Below the pieces are notes generated by a model. The model was not told the DNA's origin, did no database searches, and was given only the letters and a program-made list of their open reading frames with translations. This document shows, one piece after another, positions 1 to 13,384 of a stretch of 64,000 bases of DNA; positions within the stretch are counted from its first letter, which is position 1; each line of letters opens with the position of its first letter. The stretch is from NCBI GenBank assembly GCA_031424375.1, contig JANPHH010000146.1, positions 5,148 through 69,147 on the forward strand. Reading direction: 5' to 3'. The stretch comes from Chthoniobacter sp. GTDB lineage: Bacteria; Verrucomicrobiota; Verrucomicrobiia; Chthoniobacterales; Chthoniobacteraceae. Position numbers and translations under genes: made by a program.

Positions 1-159
1 CGCGGCGTGCCCGCAAAGCTGCTTCTGATTTCAACGGGCAACATTACGAATCCCCAGTTGGAAGCGCTCTTCGCGCGGAACGAATCGGCGATACTCACCG
101 AACTCTCGACGAATGCGTTCATTGAGTTGGACCGCACGACGTTGACGGTTCGCGCCTGA
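1..159 (+). CDS. 3' end of DUF5615-family PIN-like protein (truncated by window edge)
   Basis: Frame 1 reads RGVPAKLLLISTGNITNPQLEALFARNESAILTELSTNAFIELDRTTLTVRA*. The P.KLLLISTGN..N pattern resembles the C-terminus of DUF5615/VapC45-like PIN proteins. Not in the ORF track because the start is missing. Confidence 0.6.
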   Translation, partial: RGVPAKLLLISTGNITNPQLEALFARNESAILTELSTNAFIELDRTTLTVRA

Positions 160-224
160 ACACGAACGGCCGGCGACGATGCTGGCACAAACACGCTGGT
201 CACTTTCTGAAGGCGATTCATCGG

Positions 225-4438
<4,214 letters not shown>

Positions 4439-4442
<4 letters not shown>

Positions 4443-4819
4443 TGGGTGGGTTGTTTCCAGCGCGCGCGGCGCTCGTCGTTGAGTCTGCGGTATTCCTCGC
4501 GCTGTGCGGGGGTGAGGTTGCGGTAAATCTCGATACCCTTCTTCACGAAGAGGTCGCGCACCTTCTTCGCCGTCTCTTCGCGAATGGTGCGCATGTCCGA
4601 GGCGAGCCCGTCGTATTGCCCACGCAACACTTCCTGCTGCTCCGGCGTGAGATTCAGCCGCTGCACGTCCTCCGCAAAGCGCCGCTCCAGCCACGCCTGC
4701 TCCGACCACGCGCGCTGCGCGGCGCGCGAAGGCTGGACGCTCCGTGTGATTCCGATGCCCGACGCCGCGCCAAACGCGAACAGGGCAAACAGGCAGATGA
4801 TGACTTTGGTGTTCTTCAT
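4439..4819 (-). CDS. Small periplasmic Spy/CpxP-like (heavy-metal-sensor-like) protein
   Basis: MKNTKVIICLFALFAFGAASG signal/TM segment. LNLTPEQQ and LTPAQREEY motifs. ATGA overlaps on both sides. Confidence 0.7.
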
Positions 4820-5106
4820 GGTTCGACAGCGGTTTGGATGAAAGCCTGCGCGACTTGGAAATCCTCCGGCACCCGCGCCTCCTGCGAGGTCAGCGCCGGA
4901 ACGAGAAAGCACAGCAACGCCGCCGCCGCGCCGACCGGCAGCGCGCCGAGCGCGAGCCGCTCCCACGGGCTCTCCGGCAGCGCTTCATCCAGCCGCGCGA
5001 GCACGCGCGTCGCGAAGCCATAGGGCAATTCCGCAAGCGGTGGCTCAGGCCGCGCTTCGCGAGCCAGCCCGAAGAGCCTTAGGATCGGATCAGAATTCGG
5101 TTTCAT
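4816..5106 (-). CDS. Putative anti-sigma factor (small single-TM protein)
   Basis: 96 aa with a PYGFATRV motif and one TM helix, directly downstream of an ECF sigma gene. Confidence 0.65.
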   Translation of the reverse strand: MKPNSDPILRLFGLAREARPEPPLAELPYGFATRVLARLDEALPESPWERLALGALPVGAAAALLCFLVPALTSQEARVPEDFQVAQAFIQTAVEP

Positions 5107-5147
5107 GCCGCCTCTTAACCCGTAGCCGCCGTCCGGTTACACGCCGC

Positions 5148-5723
5148 CTACGATTTTTTTCGCTCCAGCGTTTCCAGCGCCTTCCGCATCTTCGCCCTCG
5201 CCCGAAAAGCGCGCACCTTCACCAGCGTCGCATTCCATCCAGTCATGGCCGCAATCTCCGCCACCGGCTTTTCCTCCAGGTGCAGCAGCGTCAAAATCAT
5301 CCGCTCCCGCGGCGACAGCGCATCGAGCAGTTTCGCCAGCAGTTCCCGCCCTTCTCCCGCCTGCGACGCGTCCGTCTCCGGCTGATGCAACAGCGAATCC
5401 ACCACCGCTCGCTCACCTTCGCTCAAGTCCGCCCACCGCCACTCCGGCCGCCTCGATCGCGAACGCAGCGCCTTCAGGCACACATTCAGCGCCAGCCGCG
5501 ACACCCAATTCTCCAACGGTCGCGATCGGTCGTAACGATGCAGGGTGCGGAAAAATTGCACGAACACATCCTGCGCCAGATCCTCCGCATCCATCCCGCG
5601 CGGCAGATGATTTTGCACAATGCGGATGACCTGCGGATGCAGCGCCTCCATGAGATGGCCGGCAGCGGCCTGGTCGCGCTCGTCGAGCCACGCCAGGATG
5701 GCGGGCTCGAAATTTTCGAGCAT
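5148..5723 (-). CDS. ECF sigma-70 family RNA polymerase sigma factor
   Basis: Region 2 DAEDLAQDVFV...W.SRLALNVC and region 4 LSPRERMILTL...EIAAMTGW...VKVRAFRAR. Start set at MLENFEP. Confidence 0.9.
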   Translation of the reverse strand: MLENFEPAILAWLDERDQAAAGHLMEALHPQVIRIVQNHLPRGMDAEDLAQDVFVQFFRTLHRYDRSRPLENWVSRLALNVCLKALRSRSRRPEWRWADLSEGERAVVDSLLHQPETDASQAGEGRELLAKLLDALSPRERMILTLLHLEEKPVAEIAAMTGWNATLVKVRAFRARAKMRKALETLERKKS

Positions 5724-5734
5724 GCCGCGAAGAG

Positions 5735-8413
5735 TTAATTCAGGTAGCGAAACTCCGCGCAGGCGAAGAGCGCGCGGCAGAGACTCGTCCACGCGGCTTT
5801 CACGTCGGAGGCGTCGCGCAGGCCAGGGGCGCTGGTGTCTCCTTTCGTCCAGTTGCTGGGAAATTTCCCGAGGAAGCTCGACGCCGCGGTGCGCTCGATT
5901 TGATCGGGCGAACGACCGAAGACCAGCCAGTAGGCATACTTCAGCCGCTCATCGAAATTCGCCGCCGCCCCGCCGTTCGGTCCCGTGGGATATGCAGCCA
6001 TGACGCGCTCGGCGAGCATGCTGGACTGCGTGGTGACGAACTCGCTGTTCAGCATGTAGAGCGCTTGCGAGGGAACATTGGTCGTCTCTCTCGCGCCGGT
6101 GACGAGACTCGGCTCAGAGAAATCGAAGACGGCCAGCGCGTCGGGAATTACGTCGCGCGCGATCGGGAGATACACGCTCCGCATGTTGCCGCCTGCGTTC
6201 ACGATCTGCCCCTCGGGGATGCCCATCCGGATCGGGCCGCCGATCGGGCCGTTGCCCGCCTTGCCGATCGGCGAACCGACGGGCGGCTGAAGGTCGAGAT
6301 TTCCCGAGATGGCGAGCATCGCGTCGCGCACGCATTCGGCATCGAGGCGGCGCTTGCTCATTCGCCAGACGAGCGTGTTTTCCGGGTCGGCAGCGAACGC
6401 CTTTTCGTCATGCGCGGAGCTGAGCTGGTAAGCATGGCTGAGGGCGATTTCGCGGATGAGCTTCTTGGTCGACCAGCCATTCTCCACGAAGCGTCCGGCA
6501 AGGTGATCGAGCAGCGCCTGATTCGCGGGTTTCTGGCCCATGGTGCCGAAGTTATCCACGCTCTCGACGATCCCTTGGCCGAAGAGCCAGTGCCACACGC
6601 GATTCGTCATCACGCGGGCGGTGAGCGGATTGGACTTCGCCGTCAGCCAGTCGGCGAGTTCACGGCGGCCGCTGGTATTGCCGGGAATCGGCGGCGGCTC
6701 GGCCAGGGTCAGCACGGCGGGGAAGCCCCGCGGCACTCGTTCGCCGGGCTTTTCCACATCGCCGCGCGCGAGCAGCGGCGCATCGGCGATCGCCTCGAAT
6801 CCCGACGGCCTCCGGAACGGCTGTCCGCTCTTGAGCCGCTCGGCAAACATCGCGCGCATCCCCTGCTCGCCGCGCCCGAGCATCCCGCCAAATTCCTTCA
6901 TCGCTTCCGCGCGCGTCGGCTTGTCCTGCACGCCCATGCAGAACGCCTTCACGTTTCCGTTGGCATCGAATGACTTCAACTCCGCCTCGAAGTATGCCGC
7001 GCGGGTGATCGACTGCTGGATCTGCACGAACTTCTGCGCCGGGTTGCCCGTCTCCGCCTTGCCGCTCTGCTGCGCCTGCCGCATCCGCATCCCCTCATCC
7101 AACATCTCCTGGCGCTTCTTGTTTGCCTCGGCGAAATCCCGTTCGAGCCGCGCATGTTCCTCAGCGGTCTGCCGGCCGCGGATCGCGGGCAATCCCGCAC
7201 TCGCGGGGAGTTCCAGCAGCGTGGAGGCATTGCCGTTCTGAATGCCCGGCAGCGTGCCGTAGCGCGTCTCGGTGGAGAGGAAAATGCCGGCCATCGCGTA
7301 GTATTCGCGCTGGCTGATCGGGTCGAACTTGTGATCGTGACAGCGGGCGCACGAGACCGTGAGACCGAGGATCGCCTGCGACATTGTGTCGATCTGCTCG
7401 TCCGCGAGGTCGGCGGCGAATTGCTTCGGGTTGCGCTCGTTCAGTCCTTTCGCGCCGATGGCGAGGAAGCCGGTGCCCATGAGTTGATCGGCGCGCTTGC
7501 GGTCATCCTGCGCGGTGAGCAGATCGCCGGCGATTTGTTCGCGAATAAATTCATCGTAGGGCTTGTCCGCATTGAACGAGCCGATGACGTAGTCGCGGTA
7601 CCGCCACGCGTATGGGAAGGCGATATTCACATCCTTGCCGCTCGATTCCGCATAGCGCGCGACATCGAGCCAGTGCCGGCCCCAGCGTTCGCCAAACTGC
7701 GGCGACGCGAGCAGATGATCGACCACCTTGGCGAAGGCGTCGGGCGACTTGTCGGTGATGAAATTGTCGATCTCTTTCAGCGACGGCGGCAGCCCGATGA
7801 GGTCGAAGTAGGCGCGGCGAATCAGCGTCGCCTTGTCCGCATCGGCGACCGGCTTCAGCCCTTTCGCCTCGAGTCCGGCAAGCACGAACCGATCGACGTC
7901 CGACTTCGCCCAACTCGCATCCGCCGGTTGCGGCACCGCGGGCTTCGCCAGCGGCTGGAAGGACCACCATTTCCGGCCGTCGTCCGGATCCGTTTTCTTC
8001 ACGATCTTCGATTTGCCGTCGCGTGGATCGGGCGCGCCCATTTTCACCCAGGCCTCGAGGTCGGCGATGACGGCGTCCGGCAATTTCCCGCCGGATTTTT
8101 CGGGCGGCATCGCGGTGTCCTTGTTTGTGTACCGGATCGCGTCGATGAGCAGACTTTCCTTGAGATCGCCGGGCACCACCGCGGGGCCATTGTCGCCCCC
8201 GCGTCGCGCGCCTTCGCGGGTATCGAGCAGCAGCCCGCCGCGGATTTTCTCCGCCCGCTCGGAGTGGCACTTGTAGCACTTGTCCGAGAGCACGGGCCGG
8301 ATCTTCTTTTCGAAAAAATCGAGCTGCTCGGCCGTCGGCTTCGCCGCTTCATCGAGGGCCAGGGCACGCGCTGCGATCGCGAGCGAGGTGAGCAGGTGTG
8401 GAAGAGCTTTCAT
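5735..8413 (-). CDS. PSD1 and planctomycete cytochrome c domain protein (PSCyt1-DUF1549-DUF1553), ~892 aa
   Basis: Signal MKALPHLLTSLAIAARALA. Motifs FFEKKIRPVL..CYKCH, GERWGRHWLDVARYAES, CARCHDHKFDPI, RRLDAECVRDAML, EFRYLN. Confidence 0.92.
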   Translation of the reverse strand: MKALPHLLTSLAIAARALALDEAAKPTAEQLDFFEKKIRPVLSDKCYKCHSERAEKIRGGLLLDTREGARRGGDNGPAVVPGDLKESLLIDAIRYTNKDTAMPPEKSGGKLPDAVIADLEAWVKMGAPDPRDGKSKIVKKTDPDDGRKWWSFQPLAKPAVPQPADASWAKSDVDRFVLAGLEAKGLKPVADADKATLIRRAYFDLIGLPPSLKEIDNFITDKSPDAFAKVVDHLLASPQFGERWGRHWLDVARYAESSGKDVNIAFPYAWRYRDYVIGSFNADKPYDEFIREQIAGDLLTAQDDRKRADQLMGTGFLAIGAKGLNERNPKQFAADLADEQIDTMSQAILGLTVSCARCHDHKFDPISQREYYAMAGIFLSTETRYGTLPGIQNGNASTLLELPASAGLPAIRGRQTAEEHARLERDFAEANKKRQEMLDEGMRMRQAQQSGKAETGNPAQKFVQIQQSITRAAYFEAELKSFDANGNVKAFCMGVQDKPTRAEAMKEFGGMLGRGEQGMRAMFAERLKSGQPFRRPSGFEAIADAPLLARGDVEKPGERVPRGFPAVLTLAEPPPIPGNTSGRRELADWLTAKSNPLTARVMTNRVWHWLFGQGIVESVDNFGTMGQKPANQALLDHLAGRFVENGWSTKKLIREIALSHAYQLSSAHDEKAFAADPENTLVWRMSKRRLDAECVRDAMLAISGNLDLQPPVGSPIGKAGNGPIGGPIRMGIPEGQIVNAGGNMRSVYLPIARDVIPDALAVFDFSEPSLVTGARETTNVPSQALYMLNSEFVTTQSSMLAERVMAAYPTGPNGGAAANFDERLKYAYWLVFGRSPDQIERTAASSFLGKFPSNWTKGDTSAPGLRDASDVKAAWTSLCRALFACAEFRYLN

Positions 8414-8423
8414 CGTGTGAGAG

Positions 8424-8449
8424 GACGTTGGCGGGTCGCAAAATGTTAC
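8424..8449 (-). promoter_or_regulatory. Putative ECF promoter GTAAC-N17-CGTC upstream of the PSD1 gene
   Basis: Minus strand reads GTAAC attttgcgacccgccaa CGTC, ending 10 nt before the ATG at 8413. Same motif and spacing as at 12360-12385. Confidence 0.55.
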
Positions 8450-8585
8450 GCCCTTCTCAAACCAACCCTGAATCAGGTGCTTGGTTGCACGCCCGCTTGC
8501 CACCGGCGGCGGCGCTTCCTACGCTCCCGCGAAACCCGACCGCCGCGAGCGTGGCGACACGCTCAGAGGGAGACGGTCGCGCTGC

Positions 8586-10265
8586 ATGAATTGGCTTACT
8601 GATCTTCCGACAACGACCCCGATGGCCTACACGGTCATCGCCCTCGCCATCGTCGCCGCAGCCGGTCTCGCGCTCGGAGCGGTGCGCATTCGCGGCATCG
8701 GGCTCGGCATCGCCGGGGTGCTGTTCGCGGGCATTTTCTTCGGCCACTTCGGCTTCGCGGCGCCGATTCACGAGGAAGTGCTCGGGTTCGTCCGCGAGTT
8801 CGGCCTGATCCTCTTCGTCTACACCATCGGCATGCAGGTCGGCCCCGGCTTCACCGCCTCGCTGCGCAAAAACGGCCTGCCGCTCAATCTCCTCTCGGCG
8901 GCGATCGTCCTCCTCGGCGCCGGGCTCGCCCTGTTCCTCGGCCTCGTCTTCCACATCGATATCGCCGCCGTCGCCGGCCTCTTCGCCGGCGCCACCACGA
9001 ACACCCCCGCGCTCGGCGCCGCCAGCGAAGCCCTGAAAAGCGTCCCCAGCGTCGATGCCGCCCGCGCCGCCCTGCCCGGCCTCAGCTACGCCGTCGCGTA
9101 TCCCTTCGGCATCATCGGCATCATCGCCGCGATGATCCTGATCCGGAGGATTTTCAAAGTGGATGCCGCGCAGGAGTCCGCGCGCTTTGAGGCGGATCAA
9201 CAACGCGGCGTCGAGCCACCGCAACGCCTCAACCTCGTCGTCGAAAATGCGAACCTCGACGGTCTCGCCCTGCGCAAAGTGCCGGGCACCGATGCCTTCG
9301 GCGTGGTCGTCTCGCGGATCCAGCGGGTCACTTCCCGGGAAGCGGAGCCCGCATCACTCGACACCATCCTGCACTGCGGCGATGTGCTGCTCGCGGTGGG
9401 CAGCGCAACCGCGCTGGAGCGCTTCAAAATTCTCGTCGGCCGCGTGAGCGAGATTGATCTCATGAAGGCGCCGGGCAACGTGATCTACGAGCGGCTCGTC
9501 GTGACCCGCAACGAAGTCCTCGGCCAGACCGTGAGCGAACTCGCGCTCGAACAACTGCACGACGTCATCATCACCCGCATCCAGCGCGCCGGCATCGAGA
9601 TGACCGCCGTGGCCGGGCTGCACCTGCAGTTTGGCGATATGCTCCAGGTCGTCGGCACTCGCGAATCCCTCGACGCCGCCGCCGCGACTCTTGGCAATTC
9701 CGTCAAGGAGCTGAACGCCGCGCATCTCGTTCCCATCTTCCTCGGCATCGCCCTCGGGTTGGTGCTCGGCAGCTACCCGATCACCATCGGCGCCATGCCC
9801 GCGCCGGTCCGGCTCGGGCTAGCCGGCGGTCCGCTCATCGCCGCGATCCTGCTCAGCCGCATCGGTCGCATCGGTCGCGTTGTCTGGTATTTGCCCGCCA
9901 CGGCGAATCTCTTCCTGCGCGAGTTCGGCATCGTGCTTTTCCTCGCCGCCGTCGGGTTGAAATCGGGTGCGCATTTCGTGGAGGCGCTGGTCCACGGAGG
10001 TGGCCTCACGTGGATGTTTTGCGGTGCCATCGTCACCCTCGTGCCGCTCCTCATCGTCGCCGCGATTGGGCGCATTTTCCTGAAGCTGAACTACGTCAAC
10101 CTCTGCGGCCTCCTCGCCGGCAGCATGACCGATCCGCCCGCGCTCGCCTTTGCCAATACCGCGGTCGGTTCCGACGCACCTTCGGTCGCCTACGCCGCCG
10201 TCTATCCGATCACCATGCTCCTGCGCATCGTCGTCGCGCAGCTCATCGTGCTCGTCTTTAGCTAA
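8586..10265 (+). CDS. YidE/YbjL (AspT family) transporter with TrkA-C domains
   Basis: Motifs EFGLILFVYTIGMQVGPGF, GATTNTPALGA, YAVAYPFG, GLAGGPLI and GSMTDPPALAFA. Duplicated membrane domain around two RCK-C domains. Confidence 0.9.
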   Translation: MNWLTDLPTTTPMAYTVIALAIVAAAGLALGAVRIRGIGLGIAGVLFAGIFFGHFGFAAPIHEEVLGFVREFGLILFVYTIGMQVGPGFTASLRKNGLPLNLLSAAIVLLGAGLALFLGLVFHIDIAAVAGLFAGATTNTPALGAASEALKSVPSVDAARAALPGLSYAVAYPFGIIGIIAAMILIRRIFKVDAAQESARFEADQQRGVEPPQRLNLVVENANLDGLALRKVPGTDAFGVVVSRIQRVTSREAEPASLDTILHCGDVLLAVGSATALERFKILVGRVSEIDLMKAPGNVIYERLVVTRNEVLGQTVSELALEQLHDVIITRIQRAGIEMTAVAGLHLQFGDMLQVVGTRESLDAAAATLGNSVKELNAAHLVPIFLGIALGLVLGSYPITIGAMPAPVRLGLAGGPLIAAILLSRIGRIGRVVWYLPATANLFLREFGIVLFLAAVGLKSGAHFVEALVHGGGLTWMFCGAIVTLVPLLIVAAIGRIFLKLNYVNLCGLLAGSMTDPPALAFANTAVGSDAPSVAYAAVYPITMLLRIVVAQLIVLVFS

Positions 10266-12334
10266 CGCGCCGCCGTCTTTCCCGCCGGCTTCTCGCCGGG
10301 CACGTAGTATTCCACGTAGCCGAGCATCATCTCGTCATAGGTCTGCGGGCCCCAGCGCACGGTCTTGGTCGGATCGGGATTTGCCGGGTTGTTCGCGCTG
10401 TTGTCATACCACGCGGTGGCGCGGATTTTCGCCCCGACCGGCAGCGTCGGCGGCTCGGCGTAGCGGTAGCTGAGCTGCCAGTTGAAGTCGTAGCGCGGCA
10501 CATCGAGCAGCGTGCGCACGGTGCCATCCGGCAGCAGCGCCTCATAGCGAAACGCCGCGCCCCGCACATGCATGTGCGGCGTAAATGCGAGCAGCTTCAC
10601 CTCCGCTGGAATCGGGATCGTCGCCGACTCCGGATGATGCGCCGCACCCGGCGGAATGCTCAGCCGATGATTCGAAATCCCGGCGACCCGCACGATGTGC
10701 TGCGGCGCTTCCGGCGCGAAGCGGAACGCGAGCTTGAGCTGGTCGCGCGTCGCCGTGCCGTTCGGCGTGTAGTGAATTTGAAACCGCAGCTTCGCGCCCG
10801 CCGGCAGCAGCTTCGCAAAACCCTCGGGAAAGATCGTGTGATCATTCCCCGGCACATAAGCCGCGAAAAACCCGCCGCCTTCATCCTGCTCGCCCGCGAA
10901 TGCCCGCCCACCGCGCTCCTGCGCAAAAACCAGCACATGATGCACGACCTCGCGCGCCGTCGGCTGAATCTCCATCGCGCGCACCCAGCGATCCTCCGCG
11001 AAGGTCGTCGTCACCGTCACCATCTGGTAGGGCATCGTCCCCTCCGCCTTGATCTCGATCGGCTGCGGGAGCTGCACCACCGCATCCGGCACGCCGATCT
11101 GCCATTCTTTCGGGAACGTGCGCGGCACCGGTGCATCCTTCGCGTCCCCGAGCGGCTTGCCCGCATCCAGCCACGCGAGCAGGTCCGTGCGGTCGCGCTC
11201 GACGAGCGAGCGGTCATTGCCCCACGGCGAATGCGTCCCCGGCGCCGGCGGCGCGGCGAACCACGGCGGCATCAGCCCGCGGCTCACCATCTTGCGGATC
11301 ATCCCGCTCTTCGCGGACACCTGCTCGAACGTCTCCAGCGCGAACGGCGCCACGCCGCCCGCGCGATGGCACTCCTGGCAGTTCGTCTGGATGAGCCGCG
11401 AGATCCGATTGTGATAAGTCGCCGCCGTCGCGGTCCCCTTCGCGCCGCCGAGATCCAGCGCGCAACCCGGCGCCTCCGTCGCCGCGATTTCCGGCACCTT
11501 GCCCGCGAGCAGCACGTCGACTGCCGCCGCAAGGTAGCGATGGCGCGGCGCATTGAGCGAATAGCCAAGCCCGTATTGGTCGTCGATCGCGCCGCGATAG
11601 ATCAGCGTCCGCGCCCCATCGAGGAGGAAGGTATCCGTCGAAGCCGTGGCTCCGAGCGCCCGCTGCAGCGCCTGCTCCGGGTCCCGCAGGATCGGCGCGG
11701 TTGAGCCCGCCGTCTTCAGCGCCGCGCGGATCTCATCCGCCGCATCCGTCGGATTCTGCGCCACGAGCACGAAGCCCACACCCTTCGCCCGAACCTCCTG
11801 CTCCAGCCGCGCCAGCGTCGGCGTGTAGCGTTTGCTCACCGGGCAACTCGTGCTGACCAGCGCGATCACCACCGGCTGGCCCGCCGCGAGTTCGCGGAGC
11901 GAATGTTTCGCACCTGCGAGATCCACCAGCGCCGCGTCCGGAATCAGCGTGCCGATTCCACACTCGCCCGCCTTCAAGCGCCGCGGCTGCTCCCGCGGCG
12001 AGGCCGTCTCGTAGAGCGGCGGCGCTTTGGCCTCCACCGCCTTAGTATCCGCCACCGCACTTCCGCCCCGCGCCGCGATCAGCGCTGCGACCTGGCCGCG
12101 CAAATGAGTCCGCACTTCCTCCATCGTGAGAAAACCGTCGCCGTCCCCATCCGCGCCCGTCACCCACGCGGCCGCCGGACTCGCTTCCCCCGCGCTCAGC
12201 TTTCCGTCGCCGTCCGTGTCGAGTTGCTTGAAACGCCTTTCGATCATCGCCGCCGCTTTCGCCAAATCCTGCCCCGGGACGAAAGTGGGGGCGGCGAGCA
12301 GAGCGACAGCGAGCGGGAGGCGGAGGATTTTCAT
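10262..12334 (-). CDS. Secreted EF-hand + redoxin (AhpC/TSA-like) + CxxCH heme + copper monooxygenase-like protein, ~690 aa
   Basis: Signal MKILRLPLAVALLAA. EF loops DTDGDGKLSAGE and DGDGDGFLTMEE. Redoxin motifs SCPVS and YRGAIDDQY. Heme motif CQECH. VVHH, PHMH, YDFNWQ and EMM motifs of Cu type II monooxygenase-like domains. Confidence 0.85.
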   Translation of the reverse strand: MKILRLPLAVALLAAPTFVPGQDLAKAAAMIERRFKQLDTDGDGKLSAGEASPAAAWVTGADGDGDGFLTMEEVRTHLRGQVAALIAARGGSAVADTKAVEAKAPPLYETASPREQPRRLKAGECGIGTLIPDAALVDLAGAKHSLRELAAGQPVVIALVSTSCPVSKRYTPTLARLEQEVRAKGVGFVLVAQNPTDAADEIRAALKTAGSTAPILRDPEQALQRALGATASTDTFLLDGARTLIYRGAIDDQYGLGYSLNAPRHRYLAAAVDVLLAGKVPEIAATEAPGCALDLGGAKGTATAATYHNRISRLIQTNCQECHRAGGVAPFALETFEQVSAKSGMIRKMVSRGLMPPWFAAPPAPGTHSPWGNDRSLVERDRTDLLAWLDAGKPLGDAKDAPVPRTFPKEWQIGVPDAVVQLPQPIEIKAEGTMPYQMVTVTTTFAEDRWVRAMEIQPTAREVVHHVLVFAQERGGRAFAGEQDEGGGFFAAYVPGNDHTIFPEGFAKLLPAGAKLRFQIHYTPNGTATRDQLKLAFRFAPEAPQHIVRVAGISNHRLSIPPGAAHHPESATIPIPAEVKLLAFTPHMHVRGAAFRYEALLPDGTVRTLLDVPRYDFNWQLSYRYAEPPTLPVGAKIRATAWYDNSANNPANPDPTKTVRWGPQTYDEMMLGYVEYYVPGEKPAGKTAAR

Positions 12335-12359
12335 GATCGGGAGTGCGTTCGTCGGGAAA

Positions 12360-12385
12360 GACGCCATGGCCCGCGCGGCGGTTAC
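12360..12385 (-). promoter_or_regulatory. Putative ECF promoter GTAAC-N17-CGTC upstream of the redoxin gene
   Basis: Minus strand reads GTAAC cgccgcgcgggccatgg CGTC, about 25 nt before the ATG at 12334. Confidence 0.55.
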
Positions 12386-12427
12386 CGCGGCGTTTTCCAG
12401 TCGGTCACGATGCCTCATTTCCGCGCG

Positions 12428-13384
12428 ATGTCATCCACCGCATTCCTTGACACCACGGCCCGTCCCACGCTGCTCTTCCGTGTGGAAACGCCTCCCCTTC
12501 CTCCGCCCGCCGCCCCGGGCCACCCGCTCCTCCGCGTCGCCGGCCTGCAGCGCGTCTATGGAGCGTTCGCCGCCGTCGATGGCCTGGAGATGCAGGTCCG
12601 CGAGGGGGAAATCTACGGCTTCCTCGGCGTGAACGGCGCGGGCAAGACCACCACCATCCGCATGCTCATGGGCATCATCGCGCCCGATGCCGGCACCATC
12701 GAGCTGCTCGGCGAAACGAGCCGCCGCACCACGCTGCGGCAGAAGCGCCGCATCGGCTACGTCTCGCAGGAGCAGACGTTTTATCCGTGGATGACCTGCC
12801 GCGGGCTCGGCCGTTTCGTCGGCGGTTTTTACCCCACATGGGACGCGCAGGAGTTCGACCGCCTCCTCCGCACGCTCGAACTCCCGCCCGACCGCAAAGC
12901 CGCGCAACTCTCCGGCGGCATGCGCGCCAAGCTCGCCCTCGCCCTCGCGCTCGCCTCCCGTCCCGCGCTGCTCATCCTCGACGAACCCACCGCCGGGCTC
13001 GATCCCGTCGCCCGCCGCGAATTCCTCGACCTCATCACCGCGCAGGCCCGCAATCACGGCCGCACCACGCTCTTCTCCTCGCATCTCATCGATGAAGTGG
13101 AACGCGCCGCCAGCCACGTCGGCATCATCCACGCCGGCCGCATGCGCTACGAAGGTCCGCTCACCGACCTCCGCGACGAAGTCCGCCGCCTCCGCCTCGA
13201 CGCCAGCGCCGCGTGGTCGCCACCGCCCGGCGCGGAAATCTGGCGCGACGAAACGCTCGACACCACGCGCACCGTCACCCTGCGCGCGCCCGCCGCGCAT
13301 TGGCTCGACTCGCCCACCGCCGAGCGCCTCTCGCTTGAGGATATCTTCATCGCCTGCGTGGGCGCAGCCCCGGCCCGCCTGTGA
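12428..13384 (+). CDS. ABC transporter ATP-binding protein (ABC-2/CcmA type)
   Basis: Walker A GVNGAGKTT, signature LSGGM, Walker B LLILDEPTAGLDP, H-loop SSH. Confidence 0.93.
   Translation: MSSTAFLDTTARPTLLFRVETPPLPPPAAPGHPLLRVAGLQRVYGAFAAVDGLEMQVREGEIYGFLGVNGAGKTTTIRMLMGIIAPDAGTIELLGETSRRTTLRQKRRIGYVSQEQTFYPWMTCRGLGRFVGGFYPTWDAQEFDRLLRTLELPPDRKAAQLSGGMRAKLALALALASRPALLILDEPTAGLDPVARREFLDLITAQARNHGRTTLFSSHLIDEVERAASHVGIIHAGRMRYEGPLTDLRDEVRRLRLDASAAWSPPPGAEIWRDETLDTTRTVTLRAPAAHWLDSPTAERLSLEDIFIACVGAAPARL

Noticed and set aside
1-221. Minus-strand ORF starting at 221 as a downstream partner of the PSD1 fusion
   Set aside because: Its translation has no Tat/DUF1501 features, and the plus-strand frame matches a PIN-like C-terminus better.
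4443-4709. N-terminal extensions in the ORF track (also 33759-34124, 41279-41362, 43051-43722, 48602-48838, 54711-55166)
   Set aside because: They overlap neighbouring genes or repeats. Downstream ATGs give proper signal peptides or family N-termini.
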